A stretch of 63,480 nucleotides of DNA, filler included, from Saprolegnia diclina VS20 (taxonomy: Eukaryota), in the NCBI RefSeq assembly GCF_000281045.1. It is 7 parts of 2 records of this genome, joined end to end, with 100 filler letters (N's around TTAATTAATTAA, not from the genome) between each part and the next. Parts side by side here need not be neighbours in the genome. Positions count along the whole stretch, not along the records: positions 9,439 to 24,328 come from NW_008246157.1; 6 more parts are not named here. One strand, written 5' to 3'. A program made the position numbers and the translations under genes. The notes beneath the pieces are model-generated. The model saw nothing but the letters and a program-made list of their open reading frames with translations. It had not been told where the DNA came from and ran no database searches. Shown in pieces: positions 10,857 through 22,539 of this stretch (position 1 is the stretch's first letter; each line of letters opens with the position of its first letter).

Positions 10857-11915
10857 CTACTCTTCCCAGACGAGCGCTTGCAGCGGCGTCAGCGTCGTCT
10901 TGTCAAGGCCCGCACACTCGCCCTTGAAATCCAAGCAGCGTCGCTGCATTTGCACGTCGGCGTCGGCTGTGGCGAAGGCAGGCGTCCCGGCCGTCAGGTG
11001 CGCCAGATGGAGGACGTGACCGTTGTAGCAGCTAGCACGCTCGGCGCCCGAGCGCAAATACTCGACGGCGAGTTCCACACACGAGGCGAGGCGCACGCGG
11101 CACAGCGAATTTCTCTTAGGCCACAAGACAGACGGGAGGCGGTCGACGACCGCCTTGTCATGCCCCGTGAGCGAATCAAACGTCGGCGTCAAGCCACGCG
11201 TATCGGCGGGATCGTGACAGCAATGTCTTCAGAGCAATCGTAGCCGCGAGCGGCGTCCTGGAGCTCTTGGATCGACGGCAGCGGTGGCGGTGCAAACTTG
11301 GGCTTGGGCCCGTAGCTGTAGTCCGAGTCGTAGTCGTCCAGGATGTACGCTGCGTGATACACGCCAAAAGACCGGTGCCCGGACGTGATGGGCGCCACCG
11401 TCACGTGCTGTAGAACGAGAAAAAGCGTCCGTCGAGAGCCTCGTCGTCCGGTGGTCGTGTGAGATCGTGACGACGCCACCGACGCAGGTGGACGGGAAGA
11501 AGTAGACGGCCGTGGCACAGGTATGGCGTGGTGGTCGGTCTATTGGCTTCAACGCCGACGCGTCGCCGGTCAAGTCGTTCGCAAAATGCGCCAGTGTCAT
11601 GCTGAACTCGAACTCCTCATCGTCGTCGTCTTGCTCCGGGTCGAGTTGCCTGAGGATGGAGGACTCAAACATGAACGCACGCCTGGGTATCGCGTGGAAG
11701 CCGCGGAAGACGACGTCCTTGGCCGGGACGCGGCCAGCGTACGTGGTCGACAGCGCCGTGAGGGTCTCCGTCGGTAGCGGCCACGAAGGCACGGCGATAC
11801 CGCCGATCTTCGCGACGGGGTTGCTCTCGAATTTCGGCTTGTAGAGATGGCACATCGGCGCCGCAATATCATGCGTAGACGGGCCCATAAGGTTCCCGCT
11901 CTTGTCGTCACTCAC
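10857..11915 (-). pseudogene. Oxygenase-fold family copy 2, disrupted
   Basis: GTG in place of ATG, frameshifts near 11420 and 11200, and a large deletion joining GHDKAVVD directly to LPSVLWP. Confidence 0.85.
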
Positions 11916-11972
11916 TCAAAACTAGATGTGATTGACAAAACGATTCTCACTGTGTGACGTTGCACTATACCA

Positions 11973-12016
11973 GAGTGATGGTCGAGGAAGCCTCTGCGTC
12001 CACAAGACCATCACTC
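11973..12016. promoter_or_regulatory. Back-to-back GACCATCACTC motifs between divergent copies 2 and 3
   Basis: gagtgatggtc (11973-11983) and gaccatcactc (12006-12016). Confidence 0.65.
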
Positions 12017-12102
12017 ACACACGGGGACTGGCTCTCCAGTGCCAACCACGCATGACACATCATCGCGTCTATGCCTTGATGGCATAATTCAAATTGCATC
12101 CC

Positions 12103-14176
12103 ATGAGCGACGACGGTCACGAGTACAGTCCGTACTCGATTGCGCGGGACGTCGCGTTGCCGCACTGTTGTCTGCGCAAGGCGGACGCCGAGAGCAGCGT
12201 CACCGCGGAACTTGGCGGTATCACCGTGGCGTCGTGGCCTCTCTCGACCGAGACCGTCGCAGCGCTCACGACCAAGTACTCTGGCCGCATACCGGCGCAA
12301 GATGTCACCATCAGTGGCCTCGGCATTGCCGAAAACGAGTATTTTTCCGAATCCGACATTCTCAGCAACTTTGATCCGTATCCCGACGGCGACGAGTTCG
12401 GCATGACGTTCAGCATGTCACTGGCGCATGTGGCGATCGACGCGACCGGCGACGCGTCGACGTTCAAGCCGGCAACGCAGCGACCGCCACGCTACACGTT
12501 TGCTACGGTTGTCTACTTCTTTCCGTCCAACTGCGTCGGCGGCGCCGTCACGATCTCGCATGGCCACCGGACGACGACGTACGAGGCACTTGACGGTCGC
12601 TTTCTGTCATTCTACAAGACGTGCGACGTGACTGTAGGTAGCGCCAATTACGTCGGGACATCGGTCGTTTGCTGTGTATCACGCCGTCTACGATCTTGCG
12701 GACTTTGACTATGCCGTAAAGCCGCGGTACGCACCCCCGCCACTGCCATCGCTCCAAGAACTCCAACTCGCCGCTCGCCGCTTTGAGCCCGATGGCCACA
12801 ATAGTGTCATGATCCGGCTTGCGACGCGCAGTGCGACGCCGACGTTTGGTCCGCTCACGGGTCCTGACAAGGCAATTCTCGACCTGCTACTTGCAGCCGA
12901 CGTCTTTGACATTGCCATTGTGCGGGCGGACGAAGGCGACGACAGCGAGACCAACAGCATTGACGAGAGCGACGACGAAAGCGAGAATGATAGCGGTGAC
13001 GTGAGCGAGGTTGAGAGAGAGATTGAGAGCGAGGTTGAGAGTGAGAGTCCCGCCCCAACACTCCCCGAGACGTTCCATCCGCTATGCACGACGCCGGCAC
13101 TCGTCCAAGACGCTTATCACCAGACGCCAATCAACGAGCTGGCAGACACGGACGAGATCAAGTCGCCCGGCTACTTTTTGCTCGTGTGGCCCAAGGTGTG
13201 CCGCGTACGCATTTTAGGCTACGACCGCACGATAGCGCTCTTGCGTGCGCATCTTGACGGTGACGAGACCGACGACCTCGGCTATGGGTCACTCCACGGC
13301 ATCTTTGAAGCGGCATTTCGTGCCTTCTACCCGCAGCCTCGGAGCAACTACAATGCCTCCAAGCCACCTCAAGTCACGCATGCGATGGCGTCTTTGCTCT
13401 ACGACCATGGCGACGTGGAGCTCATTGAAGCGTTTATGGACGTTCACGACCAGTGGGCCGACGACGAAAACATGGCGAAGTGGCTTCTCGCGGTGCTCCA
13501 GCGCTTTGGGGCGTCTCGTTTCCAGCACCGGATGCACATGGTGAAGGCAGCGAGTGCTTTTGTGGCTCAGTTGGTGTCGCTCGCGACGGCCGGCGACAGA
13601 CTCGCACAGACGATCGCAAACGACTGCATCCCGCTGTGGTGGCCTCATTTGCTGCGCCACCTCGCCAGGGACAGCTGCTTCACGAAAAAGGAAACACTGG
13701 GCTATATGCTCGACGTCGAGACGTACATGCTCGAGAACCCGATCGACGTCACTGCGTCGGAGTGCTTGCGTCGGCACGTCCCCGACACTGCTGTGCGCGC
13801 GGTGGCCACGTACGTTGCACCACCGCTCGTGCCGCTTCTGGACATTGTCCGAGTCGACAAGTGCCTCATTGGCAGCCTTCCGGCTGTCGTGTGGCCACGG
13901 CGAGACGCGCTGGGCAGCGTGCGCCTCGCAGCGTGCATTGCGCTAGCTGTCGAGCATGTGTCCTCGTCCAAAGAGCGCCCTCGATGCTGCAAAGGCCATG
14001 TGCTCTACTTGGCACTGCTGACGGCCGGGACACCAGCCCTTGCCATCGTCGACGCCGACGTGCAAACGTGGCGATACACGGCCCGATTCAATGCTGCATG
14101 CGCTGCGGTCGACAAGACGACGCTGAGTACGATGCAAGCGCTCGTCTTGGAAGAGTACATGCGACGTCCATCGTAG
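12103..14176 (+). pseudogene. Oxygenase-fold family copy 3 with one frameshift
   Basis: Colinear with copy 1; GTAG duplicated at 12634-12641; acidic D/E/S expansion at ~12930-13050. Confidence 0.85.
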
Positions 14177-14379
14177 AGCAGTGCATAGGTATATATACGC
14201 AACGACTTCAAATTCATGTCGCTTGGTTTGACATTGGCGTCCACAACAGTACCGCAAGCGCCTTGCTCTCATCCAACGCGCACTGTACCGTTGCAGGTAG
14301 CGATGTGCTCGAGCCAGTTGGATCTACATCATGTCGGGAAGACCGAGTGAGCAAGCCGGCTTGACACCGAGCCAAATGA

Positions 14380-16540
14380 ATAACGCTGAGGAGGCCGCTC
14401 AACACGGCCGACGCACGGTCCATGTAGTACATGTCGTCAACTCGCCTCTGCTGGTAGTCAAAGAGGTGCTTGGCGCCACTCGATAGAAACAGCGACGACG
14501 ATGTTGGGGGCGGGGTCGACCGCTTGAATGGCAGTCACACCGCACCGTAGCAAAAGCCGTTGCAAAGTAGGACGATGACGAGCAGCAGTAGCAGCCGCGC
14601 AGACGATCCCAGCGTAACCGCGCCTGCCGAACACACAATTTGATGTTGGCAGAGCTTGCACACTGCGGTGCCACGTGGATCGATGGCTGGACCGGCGCCA
14701 AAATCGCAAGGCACGCCGAGATGATCCACACGAGTAGGCTATTGGCGGTCGCGTACGTAAGCGGGCAACAAGCGTGAACGTCGACCGCGTTTGGTACGCG
14801 TTTCGTGCCGTGGACACTTGACTTGGATAGCAGCTCGGGTGGGATCCAAGACCTCTATGGTAAGATGTGCGTGGGCCGCCGCCGCCTTTGTTTGGTCTGG
14901 ATGCCGAACACTTTGCCAGTATGGGGCACGTAGTCACGACGACGCTCGGCCCGTACGTCTCGATCGACTTGTGTGTCGTGCCGCCACCGATCGCACTTGT
15001 GAATCATCTCTCGGTGCTTCGACGAGCTATCTACGAAGGTTTGAACGCCTCGTCCAAGACGGTGTACGCGAGTCTTCGCCCGCTCATCGCGACAGCGAGC
15101 CCCCGGTTTGGACCAATCAAACGTACTACGGGGGCAGTCCGTTTTGCCGCAGCAGCTTCCCGACGTCCCTTCCCCAATCGCCCTTCACGTCGGCCGATCA
15201 ATGCGGTACGCAGTTGCTTTTGACTGCCATAGCGCCACCACCCTGGCGTGTCGCTGTGCCGCCGCTCTCCATCGTGACTGCGCTCGTCACCGACGCGGTG
15301 CCAAGTTTTGTGTCGCGCAAACATCCGACCGGTGTCTCGCGCTGCTGCAAGCTGCGGCGTCGCTCGCCCCACGCACGATCGACGCGCGCCTCGTCACTGC
15401 TGCCCACGAGGCCGTGGCGGCCCTCGACGTGAGCGTCGCGCAGTTTACGTCGACTGACAACAGCTCGGATCGAACGCTCTTGGTCAAAAGCCGCGTCGGT
15501 GTCATGACGTGGGTCGGCCGGCCTTTCACAGAACTCCGCGGGTTGACAGCGCTCTATCTTTTGGCCTCGGCGTCGGTCGTGCTCACGGTTGATACCAGCG
15601 GGCTTCTCCGGCTTTGCGATCGCGAGCGTTCCCGTGTACACGACGTGCCTCGCTGCCAACGAAGTTACGTGGCTTGTGGGTACAGTCATCGATATGGCGC
15701 TTATCTTGACGCAAGAACATACGCCATGAAGCGTCTGTAGCGTCCGCGTTGTGCGCACACCGAGTGCGTTGATCAGCGTCGCTGATCCTAGCGCGCTCGG
15801 AGCAAAGCTGTTTTGCCACTGGAGCTGATACGTGGCGAGCCCGTGTGCCGTCAAGAGCGCTGCTTCGGCCGGCACGGTCATGTGCGCGGTTGCGACCGAC
15901 GTGAGCCAGTTGCGGCCGGCGCTCGAGGCAGCGAGGCGGGTCTGAAGCGCATACCAATCACCTGCCGAGTCGTTCTGACCAAACATGGCTTGAAAGGCTA
16001 AAAAGTTGGTGTTGCGCAGCGGCGCCTCGAGGTACATGGCACCGTTCGCGCTGTATGTGGCCTCACAGCGCGCTTGCCGCATCGTCGTCGCCGCAAGAGG
16101 CCAAGATTTGTTGAAGTCCACCCAGCAGTACTGCGTGGGCAGCGTCAGCAGCGCATACGTGGACGTGTTGCGAAGGTTGGTAATTGCATGCTCGATCGTT
16201 GTGAGGTTGACGGCCACTAAGGCCATTGCAAACGTCGGATGCACCACCCCGTTGGTCAAGTCGTGCCGGCCTTCGGTCAACACATTGTCGAGTGCGACGA
16301 AGGCGTTCGTTCGGTGTCGTCTCGAGAACCGCAGTGAGCACATCCAAGAGAAACGTTTGGTACCCGGAAGTGTTGTAGTGGGGCCAGAACGCGTCGTTGG
16401 CCAGGGGTGGCGTGAGCAGCCAAATGTAGTAGGCACTGAAGCCAAGCATCGCACTGACCCAGAGCACTCCATGAAGAATGCATCGGTGCTTGGAGGTTTG
16501 CGTCGCCAGGTCCATCGGGTATATGTGCATGGAAATCACG
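14380..16540 (-). pseudogene. Single-module copy of the large transmembrane family, middle third inverted
   Basis: LANDAFW...YCWVDF...NGAMYLE...WQN on minus (16540-15725); LGPYVSID...YGGSPFC...ANEVTW on plus (~14790-15720); LLVWII...YYMDRASAVLSGLL on minus (~14760-14380). Confidence 0.85.
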
Positions 16541-17140
16541 GACGAGAGACACGACCTTGGGGTATTTTGCGACCAAACGCGCCAAAGTGGCCTTTTCGAG
16601 GAAGAAGGGGGTACGGAAGCCCGCCCAATTTAAATAATGACCCGCCGCTACTACTCGTTCCCAGAGACTGACAAAACATAGAAAATATACAAGCTACCAT
16701 CGCAATTTTTCGCGCGACGTAAAGAGTTCCTCCACGAGCACACGCCCGCTTGCTTTCGCATCTACGACTAGAGCACGCAATCCAGGGGCGTGGAGGGAAT
16801 CATTTAGCCAATTAATATTTACATATATGCTAACAACGTCAATGCGCCTCGGACCCTGTGCGCCAAATTGCTGCGACTCCCTTCACTCGTTGGCAGCCCA
16901 TCCCACTCTAGAGGTTTGGACCGTTGGAACCATGAAACAAATAGGAAAAGCGTCAATTNNNNNNNNNNNNNNNNNNNNNNNNNNNNNNNNNNNNNNNNNN
17001 NNNNNNNNNNNNNNNNNNNNNNNNNNNNNNNNNNNNNNNNNNNNNNNNNNNNNNNNNNAGCGCTTCGCGCTGGAGGAGTGTGGATTGTGAAAAAATGTAG
17101 AGAAAATGTAGAGTGTAAAATGAGAGACGAGTGTAGTAGT

Positions 17141-17327
17141 TAGGCTTCACAAGGGAGGAGTGCTGGGCCCTCGGAAACCAGTCCAATAGTCAGTGGCAAG
17201 CCAACTGGACTATCGGAGTTTGTAAAAATGAATGTGAAAAAAAACCACACCGAAGTGTGGAAATCAGTTTTCACACTGATTAGAACAGATACTACACTTG
17301 ATCTTAGCCAAAAGGCCGAGAAGGTAT
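17141..17327 (-). ncRNA. U2: U2 spliceosomal snRNA
   Basis: ATACCTTCTCGGCCTTTTGGCTAAGATCAAGTGTAGTATCTGTTCT (stem I and branch-point pairing region), Sm-like ATTTTTAC, two 3' stem-loops; ~187 nt, 3' end approximate. Confidence 0.97.
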
Positions 17328-17362
17328 GATCTCCAGCTGGAATCCTAATTTCACCACCCCTA

Positions 17363-17389
17363 CGAAAAAAGCACTGCGTGCTTTTTTCG
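17363..17389. repeat. 12-bp perfect inverted repeat upstream of U2
   Basis: cgaaaaaagcac-tgc-gtgcttttttcg. Confidence 0.8.
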
Positions 17390-17859
17390 AGACGGATGGT
17401 GCAGATCCCGTGCTGTAGGGGGGCAGCGTGTCGACATATTAAGTGCGAATAGAGTCGTTTTCAAGTGTCTTTTTTAGATGCGGCCCGATCTAGTGCGCCA
17501 AAACCCGCACCTTATTATATCGTTCTGCTAATCGGACGCGTTATCTTTGCTTCAATACAAAAAACAAGATACACATTTTAGAAAATAGCACCAGATGGCG
17601 CGTGGTTCTCACCGTGTCGCTGATGTGAAAAATACATTTCCCACGCAAAGTCCTCGCTTGGCCTTTTCCACTAAAGCAGTACCTACTTGGCCATGCGAAT
17701 TCATGTTGGCTTTTGCGGAAGCGATCGATCGCAACCGATGGATTTGGCGCACGGCCACCCGTATCCGGATACTACAGAAAGGCCGACCGAGGATTCCAAG
17801 GAGAACTCGTCGATCGTACCAGGCTGTTGCCCAGGTCGTAGCATAAAGATGCCCTCGTG

Positions 17860-17876
17860 TCTTAGCCAAAAGGCCG
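17860..17876 (-). pseudogene. U2 5' fragment
   Basis: 17-nt exact match to 17302-17318. Confidence 0.7.
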
Positions 17877-18236
17877 TGGGTGCAAGCGAATCAATGTACA
17901 AAGCGTGCGTTGGATGGCGGTGATGTAGTATCCATGCGTTGCGTCTCAAGGCAGCAACCGCACAAGTCCTTGCACACGCTTTGTACAGCATAGGCTCACA
18001 GCCGCTGTAGGCAGTCCGTCTAGAACCGGCGTCCAAAGCGACACACTGAACCTGCGTTGACTGGGACTTGTCCGAGGCAATAATCTTCCATTTTAACAGA
18101 TTCCTTGGGCAGACCACTCGACCATGCACGGCCCCAAGCATGTACAGTTCTAGTAGGTAGATGGTCTCGATGACACACACGGTGGTTCAACGGGTAGTGA
18201 CAATCAGCATCACAGCTATTTAATGAGATTCGTTCA

Positions 18237-18257
18237 TCTTGTTTTAGCCAAAAGGCC
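18237..18257 (-). pseudogene. Second U2 5' fragment
   Basis: 14-nt exact match (ttagccaaaaggcc) plus adjacent cttg. Confidence 0.6.
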
Positions 18258-19570
18258 ATTGGTTTCTCTTCTGATGCGTCCAACAGCATCCAGGTTGAGC
18301 TTATTGCTCGTGCTCGTCAGCAGCCAACTTCGAGAATGCGGGGCTGGCTCCGCTTGGTCGCCTCACTACTATGAATAGACGAATGGTGTGCGCATCGAGG
18401 GCAGCCTTGACGCGGCTTCGAGACTCTTCCACGCTGCATCATTGGCGTGGAACACTTTGCTCTGTAAAAGATCGCCATGCGAGCTTTTCCGGATCGGTTC
18501 AGGTCAGGGGCTCGTGAGACTCTGCCAAACCAGCTGAAGCGATTTGACCAAAATGCGTCGGTGTAAGCGCTCAAATAACCACGAAATTGGCTCTTTTCAA
18601 CGCCTCTCAACTTCAATACCCTGGATGATGGCGCCAAATCACAAGCTGCTGGACGACCTCGGCCGCACATGAGCTCTTCCTGTATGGTATCAGCATGCGA
18701 CCTAGAGAGCGAGTCGCATGCGCGTACGCACATAGACGTTTTCTTTCTACGCCTATAGCAAGAGCGCAATGTCGAAATGGCAACCGTCACGACGAGGCGC
18801 CGAGTGCCCGCAAACTTAACCACCAGCTCGCGGTCTTGTAGTGGACCAAGCAACAAACTCAGAGGGATAATATGGTAGTCTTGGGCAGCCACCGCCATTA
18901 TTGCAGCTTGGTGGGGCAAACGAATCCTGTTGCATTTTTGCCGTAAGAAAGAGATTTCGATGCGCAAGTTCTCGCAAAAGTACACTCGGCAACGCTAATA
19001 CATCAACTACTCTAGGACACGTATCGTGGGCAGTAGTGCTGTGACTGTGAGCCACATCCGGGTCTTGATTCGCAGAACGTGGTACGTCCTTGAGCTGCTA
19101 GCATCATGGGAATCTAGAGTGCGCATGTAACTAGTATAAGAACCTGTATATGACATCTGGAGCGATAGAACGAGTAAAGCTCGCTCAAGCAACCAAGCGG
19201 GGTACGACCTGTGCCGATGCGTTGAGCGTGCTTGTGCGAAGTGGATCGTGCACGGTATCGCACATGTCGAAAGACTGGTCAAGAAGGCTGGATGCCGCTC
19301 CAGTCCAGAGGCATCTAGCCTCATTGCGCAGCCTTGACGACGCCACGATAGCGTGGATAGGATTCGATTGCCAGGGATACTATACTGCTCCACAAGACTA
19401 CTGCTGTAGTTGATGTCGACGCTGTCGTTGCGATTGGAGCACATCGTGGCGTTGGTGGGAGTAATGGAAGTACGCACTGCTCGACGAAAGACTGGCACAG
19501 GAACCCGAGCTATGCCGCGGTTGGACTGTACGGGAATTGTGTGAAAACGCCAACGAGGAGTTGCACGGAA

Positions 19571-19639
19571 GAGGTCGTGTCGCGCCCGATGATGTACATC
19601 TCGCTCTCGTACGACCACCGCTTGATTGACGGCCGGGAG
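19571..19639 (+). pseudogene. DLST: Isolated fragment of dihydrolipoamide succinyltransferase (OGDH E2)
   Basis: EVVSRPMMYISLSYDHRLIDGRE, containing the DHRxxDG catalytic motif. Confidence 0.85.
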
Positions 19640-20217
19640 CAAGCTCGACGATGGCGTAACGCGGGCAAATCTTAGGTGCCCCATGCCCAATGCCTCCTCG
19701 TGACCTTTCTCGAGCTGAAGGAATGTTGGTCATGCGTTTTGAGTCGCATAGCTATAAACGAATTGGAGCGCGATTATTTTCTTCTTCTGTTATTAAGTTC
19801 GATTTTTCAAAACGCATTTTAAAGGGACTTTTGGTCCGATTAACTGTCGGTCGTCGTACTAGAGCAGACTACCGAAACGCGACTCTGGTCTCGTCGCTAT
19901 CGGTCGAAACGAGTTGCCAGTACGCCGTGTGCCACGTATAACAGTGCTATGCAGTTGTTCCATGAAACCTGTACCGGTAGCTCATCGATCGCAGATTGGG
20001 TCTCGCAGCTATCGGCACGTTCAACTGGCCAGCGCGCTTCCTAATCGCTTTCCTGAGAGTTTCATCTACGAGTTTGCTGTCGCAGTTGGCTCTGACGTTG
20101 GAGCTGTGCTGTTTGTTCCTTTCAGCTGCCGCTCTTGGCTGAGTTTGGCGTGGCGTCGCTACGTCTACGCATTCTTTCAAACACCCTTGCGACTGGACAT
20201 CAAAGCAGCCCTTCGGA

Positions 20218-20290
20218 TCGGTGCGGAGACCAGACCACGAAGCACAGCAAACGCGCGATCCAGCGAGTACACGTTGTCGACCAGCTACTA
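20218..20290 (-). pseudogene. Relic of the transmembrane family C-terminus
   Basis: LVDNVYSLDRAFAVLRGLVS resembles NVYYVDRASAALNGLL of the paralogs. Confidence 0.6.
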
Positions 20291-20550
20291 CTAGTACTGG
20301 CGCTCACAGAGGCGCCACTGGATAAGAACTCATATGACAATGTCAGAGCCCATCGCTTTGGCAGCAATCACACCGTAGTGCACGAAAGACTTTTGCACAG
20401 CAGTGGTACCCGGGTAGCGGTGCAGAGGACTCGCATGCGATACTCTTGCTAAATAAACAAGCGCCCAAGCCATGCGTCGGCACAGTACAGCGCACTAGTG
20501 TGTATTACATTGCCAGCAACAGCCGACGCTTCGTTTGTCCAGCACCGCTA

Positions 20551-22539
20551 CTAAGGACGACGTTGCATGTACTCTTCCAAGACGAGCGCCTGCATCGAGC
20601 TCAACGTCGACTTGTCGATGGCCGCGCACTCTTGCTGGAATATGTCGCAGTCCCGACACGTTTGCACTTCCTTGTCCACTGCAGCAAAGGCTGGCGTCCC
20701 AACTGTCAGCAGCGCCAAATACACTACACAACCCTTCAAGCAGCGAGGGGGCTCTCCGGGCAAACACCAATACTCGGTGGCGACCGCCATGTACGATGCG
20801 AAGCGCACGTTGCATGGTGCCGCCCGACGCTGCCACAGAACGACCGGGAGGTAGCCAGTGAGGCAATCGTTATATCGTTGGCTTTCTTGTATCGCATCGA
20901 GCAGCGACACGTGTGGCTCGACGAGGTAGGTGGCCACATTGCACACGAGATCATCGGCCAAGTGGCGGCCCAAGTACGCCGATGCAGCCACACCCATGGG
21001 GTACGTCAGCATGTACGTCTCCACGTCATAGAAGCGGTGCAGCTCTGCTTTCTTGGCACAAGCGTTTGTCGTGAGGTCGCGGAGCAAGCGAGGCCACCAC
21101 AGCGGGAGGCAGTCACACAAGGTCGTCTGCGCGAGCGTGTCCCCGGCCGTTGCAAGATGCACCAAATGTGCGACAAAAGTGCTCGTGACATTGGTTGCTT
21201 GAAGCCGGTGCAGAAAACGGGCCGCGCCAAAGCGTCGGAGCACCGCGAGAAGCCAATTTGCCATGGTGGCGTCGTCGGCCCAGGCATCGTGAGCGTCCAG
21301 GAGCTCCACGAGGAGCCCCACGTCGCCGTGATCGTAGAGCAAGGACGCCATCGGATACGTACTTTGTGGTGTGTCACACTTGGCGCCAAGCTGGGTTCGG
21401 TGATGCAGAAAAAAGTCATGAATGGCCGCTTGAAAAAGGCGGCGGAGCGATCCGTAGCCGAGGTCGTTGCTGACGTCCCCGACGCTGTTGGCGCGCAAGA
21501 GCGCAATCGTGCGGTCGTAGCCCAACATGTACACGCGGTTCGCCTTGGGCCATAAGAGCAACAAACAAGCGGGCAGCTCATCGAGGAACAGACCTGCAAG
21601 GTCGGTCAGCGACGTGGCGCGACACGCGTTTTGAACGAGCGCCGGCGTATTGCACAATGGATGAAACGTTACGGTCAGCGTCGGGCTGGCGTGCGTCTTC
21701 TCGCTGTTGTTGTCACCAACCACGTGCACAAGCGCAATGTCAAAGACGTCGGCCGCAAGGAGCAGATCGACGACCGCCTTGTCACGACCCGTGAGCGAAT
21801 CAAACGTCAAGCTGTGCGCCTCAAACGCAATCGACGTGCCTCTGGCCCCCAATGTTTCGAAGCGGCGAGCGGCGTCCTGGAGCTCTTGGATCGACGGCAG
21901 CAGTGGCGGCGCGTACTGTAGCATGGACGCGTTACAGTCGTCCGAGTCGTAGTCGTCGAGGTCGTACGCGGCATGATACACAAGACAAGACCGGTGTCCC
22001 GACGTGATGGGCGCCACCGTCACATCACACACGCTGTAGAACGAGAGAAAGCATCCATCGAGGGCCTCGAATGTCGTCGTCCGGTGGCCGTGCGAGATCA
22101 TGACGGCGCCGCCGACGCAGGTGGACGGAAAAAAGTAGACGACCGTAGCAAAGGTACCAGGCGGTGGCTCCGTTGTCGGCGTCAACGTCGACGCGTCGCC
22201 GGTCAAGTCGATTGCAAAATGCGCCAGCGTCATGTCGAAAAGCAGTTCGCAATAGTCTCCTCCATTTTCCAGCTTGCCGAGGATGTCGGAATCAGCAATG
22301 ACATCGGAAGTCGTGTCGTAGAAGTCGTGGAGGATAACGTCGTCGGCCGGCACGTGAGTCGAGTATTTGGTCGCGAGCGCCGCGACGATCTCGGTCGAGA
22401 GCGGCCACGCGGTAATGGCGAGGTCACCGATTTGCGCATGGGGATGGCGCTCAACGTCCGGCTTGCGCAGACAGCAGTGCGGTACCTCGGCGTCGCCGGC
22501 AAAAGAGAATATAGTGTAAGTGTCCTTGTCGTCCCTCAT
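20551..22539 (-). CDS. Oxygenase-fold family copy 4 (intact)
   Basis: Uninterrupted ORF colinear with copy 1, start MRDDK; GACCATCACTC at 22632-22642. Confidence 0.85.
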   Translation of the reverse strand: MRDDKDTYTIFSFAGDAEVPHCCLRKPDVERHPHAQIGDLAITAWPLSTEIVAALATKYSTHVPADDVILHDFYDTTSDVIADSDILGKLENGGDYCELLFDMTLAHFAIDLTGDASTLTPTTEPPPGTFATVVYFFPSTCVGGAVMISHGHRTTTFEALDGCFLSFYSVCDVTVAPITSGHRSCLVYHAAYDLDDYDSDDCNASMLQYAPPLLPSIQELQDAARRFETLGARGTSIAFEAHSLTFDSLTGRDKAVVDLLLAADVFDIALVHVVGDNNSEKTHASPTLTVTFHPLCNTPALVQNACRATSLTDLAGLFLDELPACLLLLWPKANRVYMLGYDRTIALLRANSVGDVSNDLGYGSLRRLFQAAIHDFFLHHRTQLGAKCDTPQSTYPMASLLYDHGDVGLLVELLDAHDAWADDATMANWLLAVLRRFGAARFLHRLQATNVTSTFVAHLVHLATAGDTLAQTTLCDCLPLWWPRLLRDLTTNACAKKAELHRFYDVETYMLTYPMGVAASAYLGRHLADDLVCNVATYLVEPHVSLLDAIQESQRYNDCLTGYLPVVLWQRRAAPCNVRFASYMAVATEYWCLPGEPPRCLKGCVVYLALLTVGTPAFAAVDKEVQTCRDCDIFQQECAAIDKSTLSSMQALVLEEYMQRRP

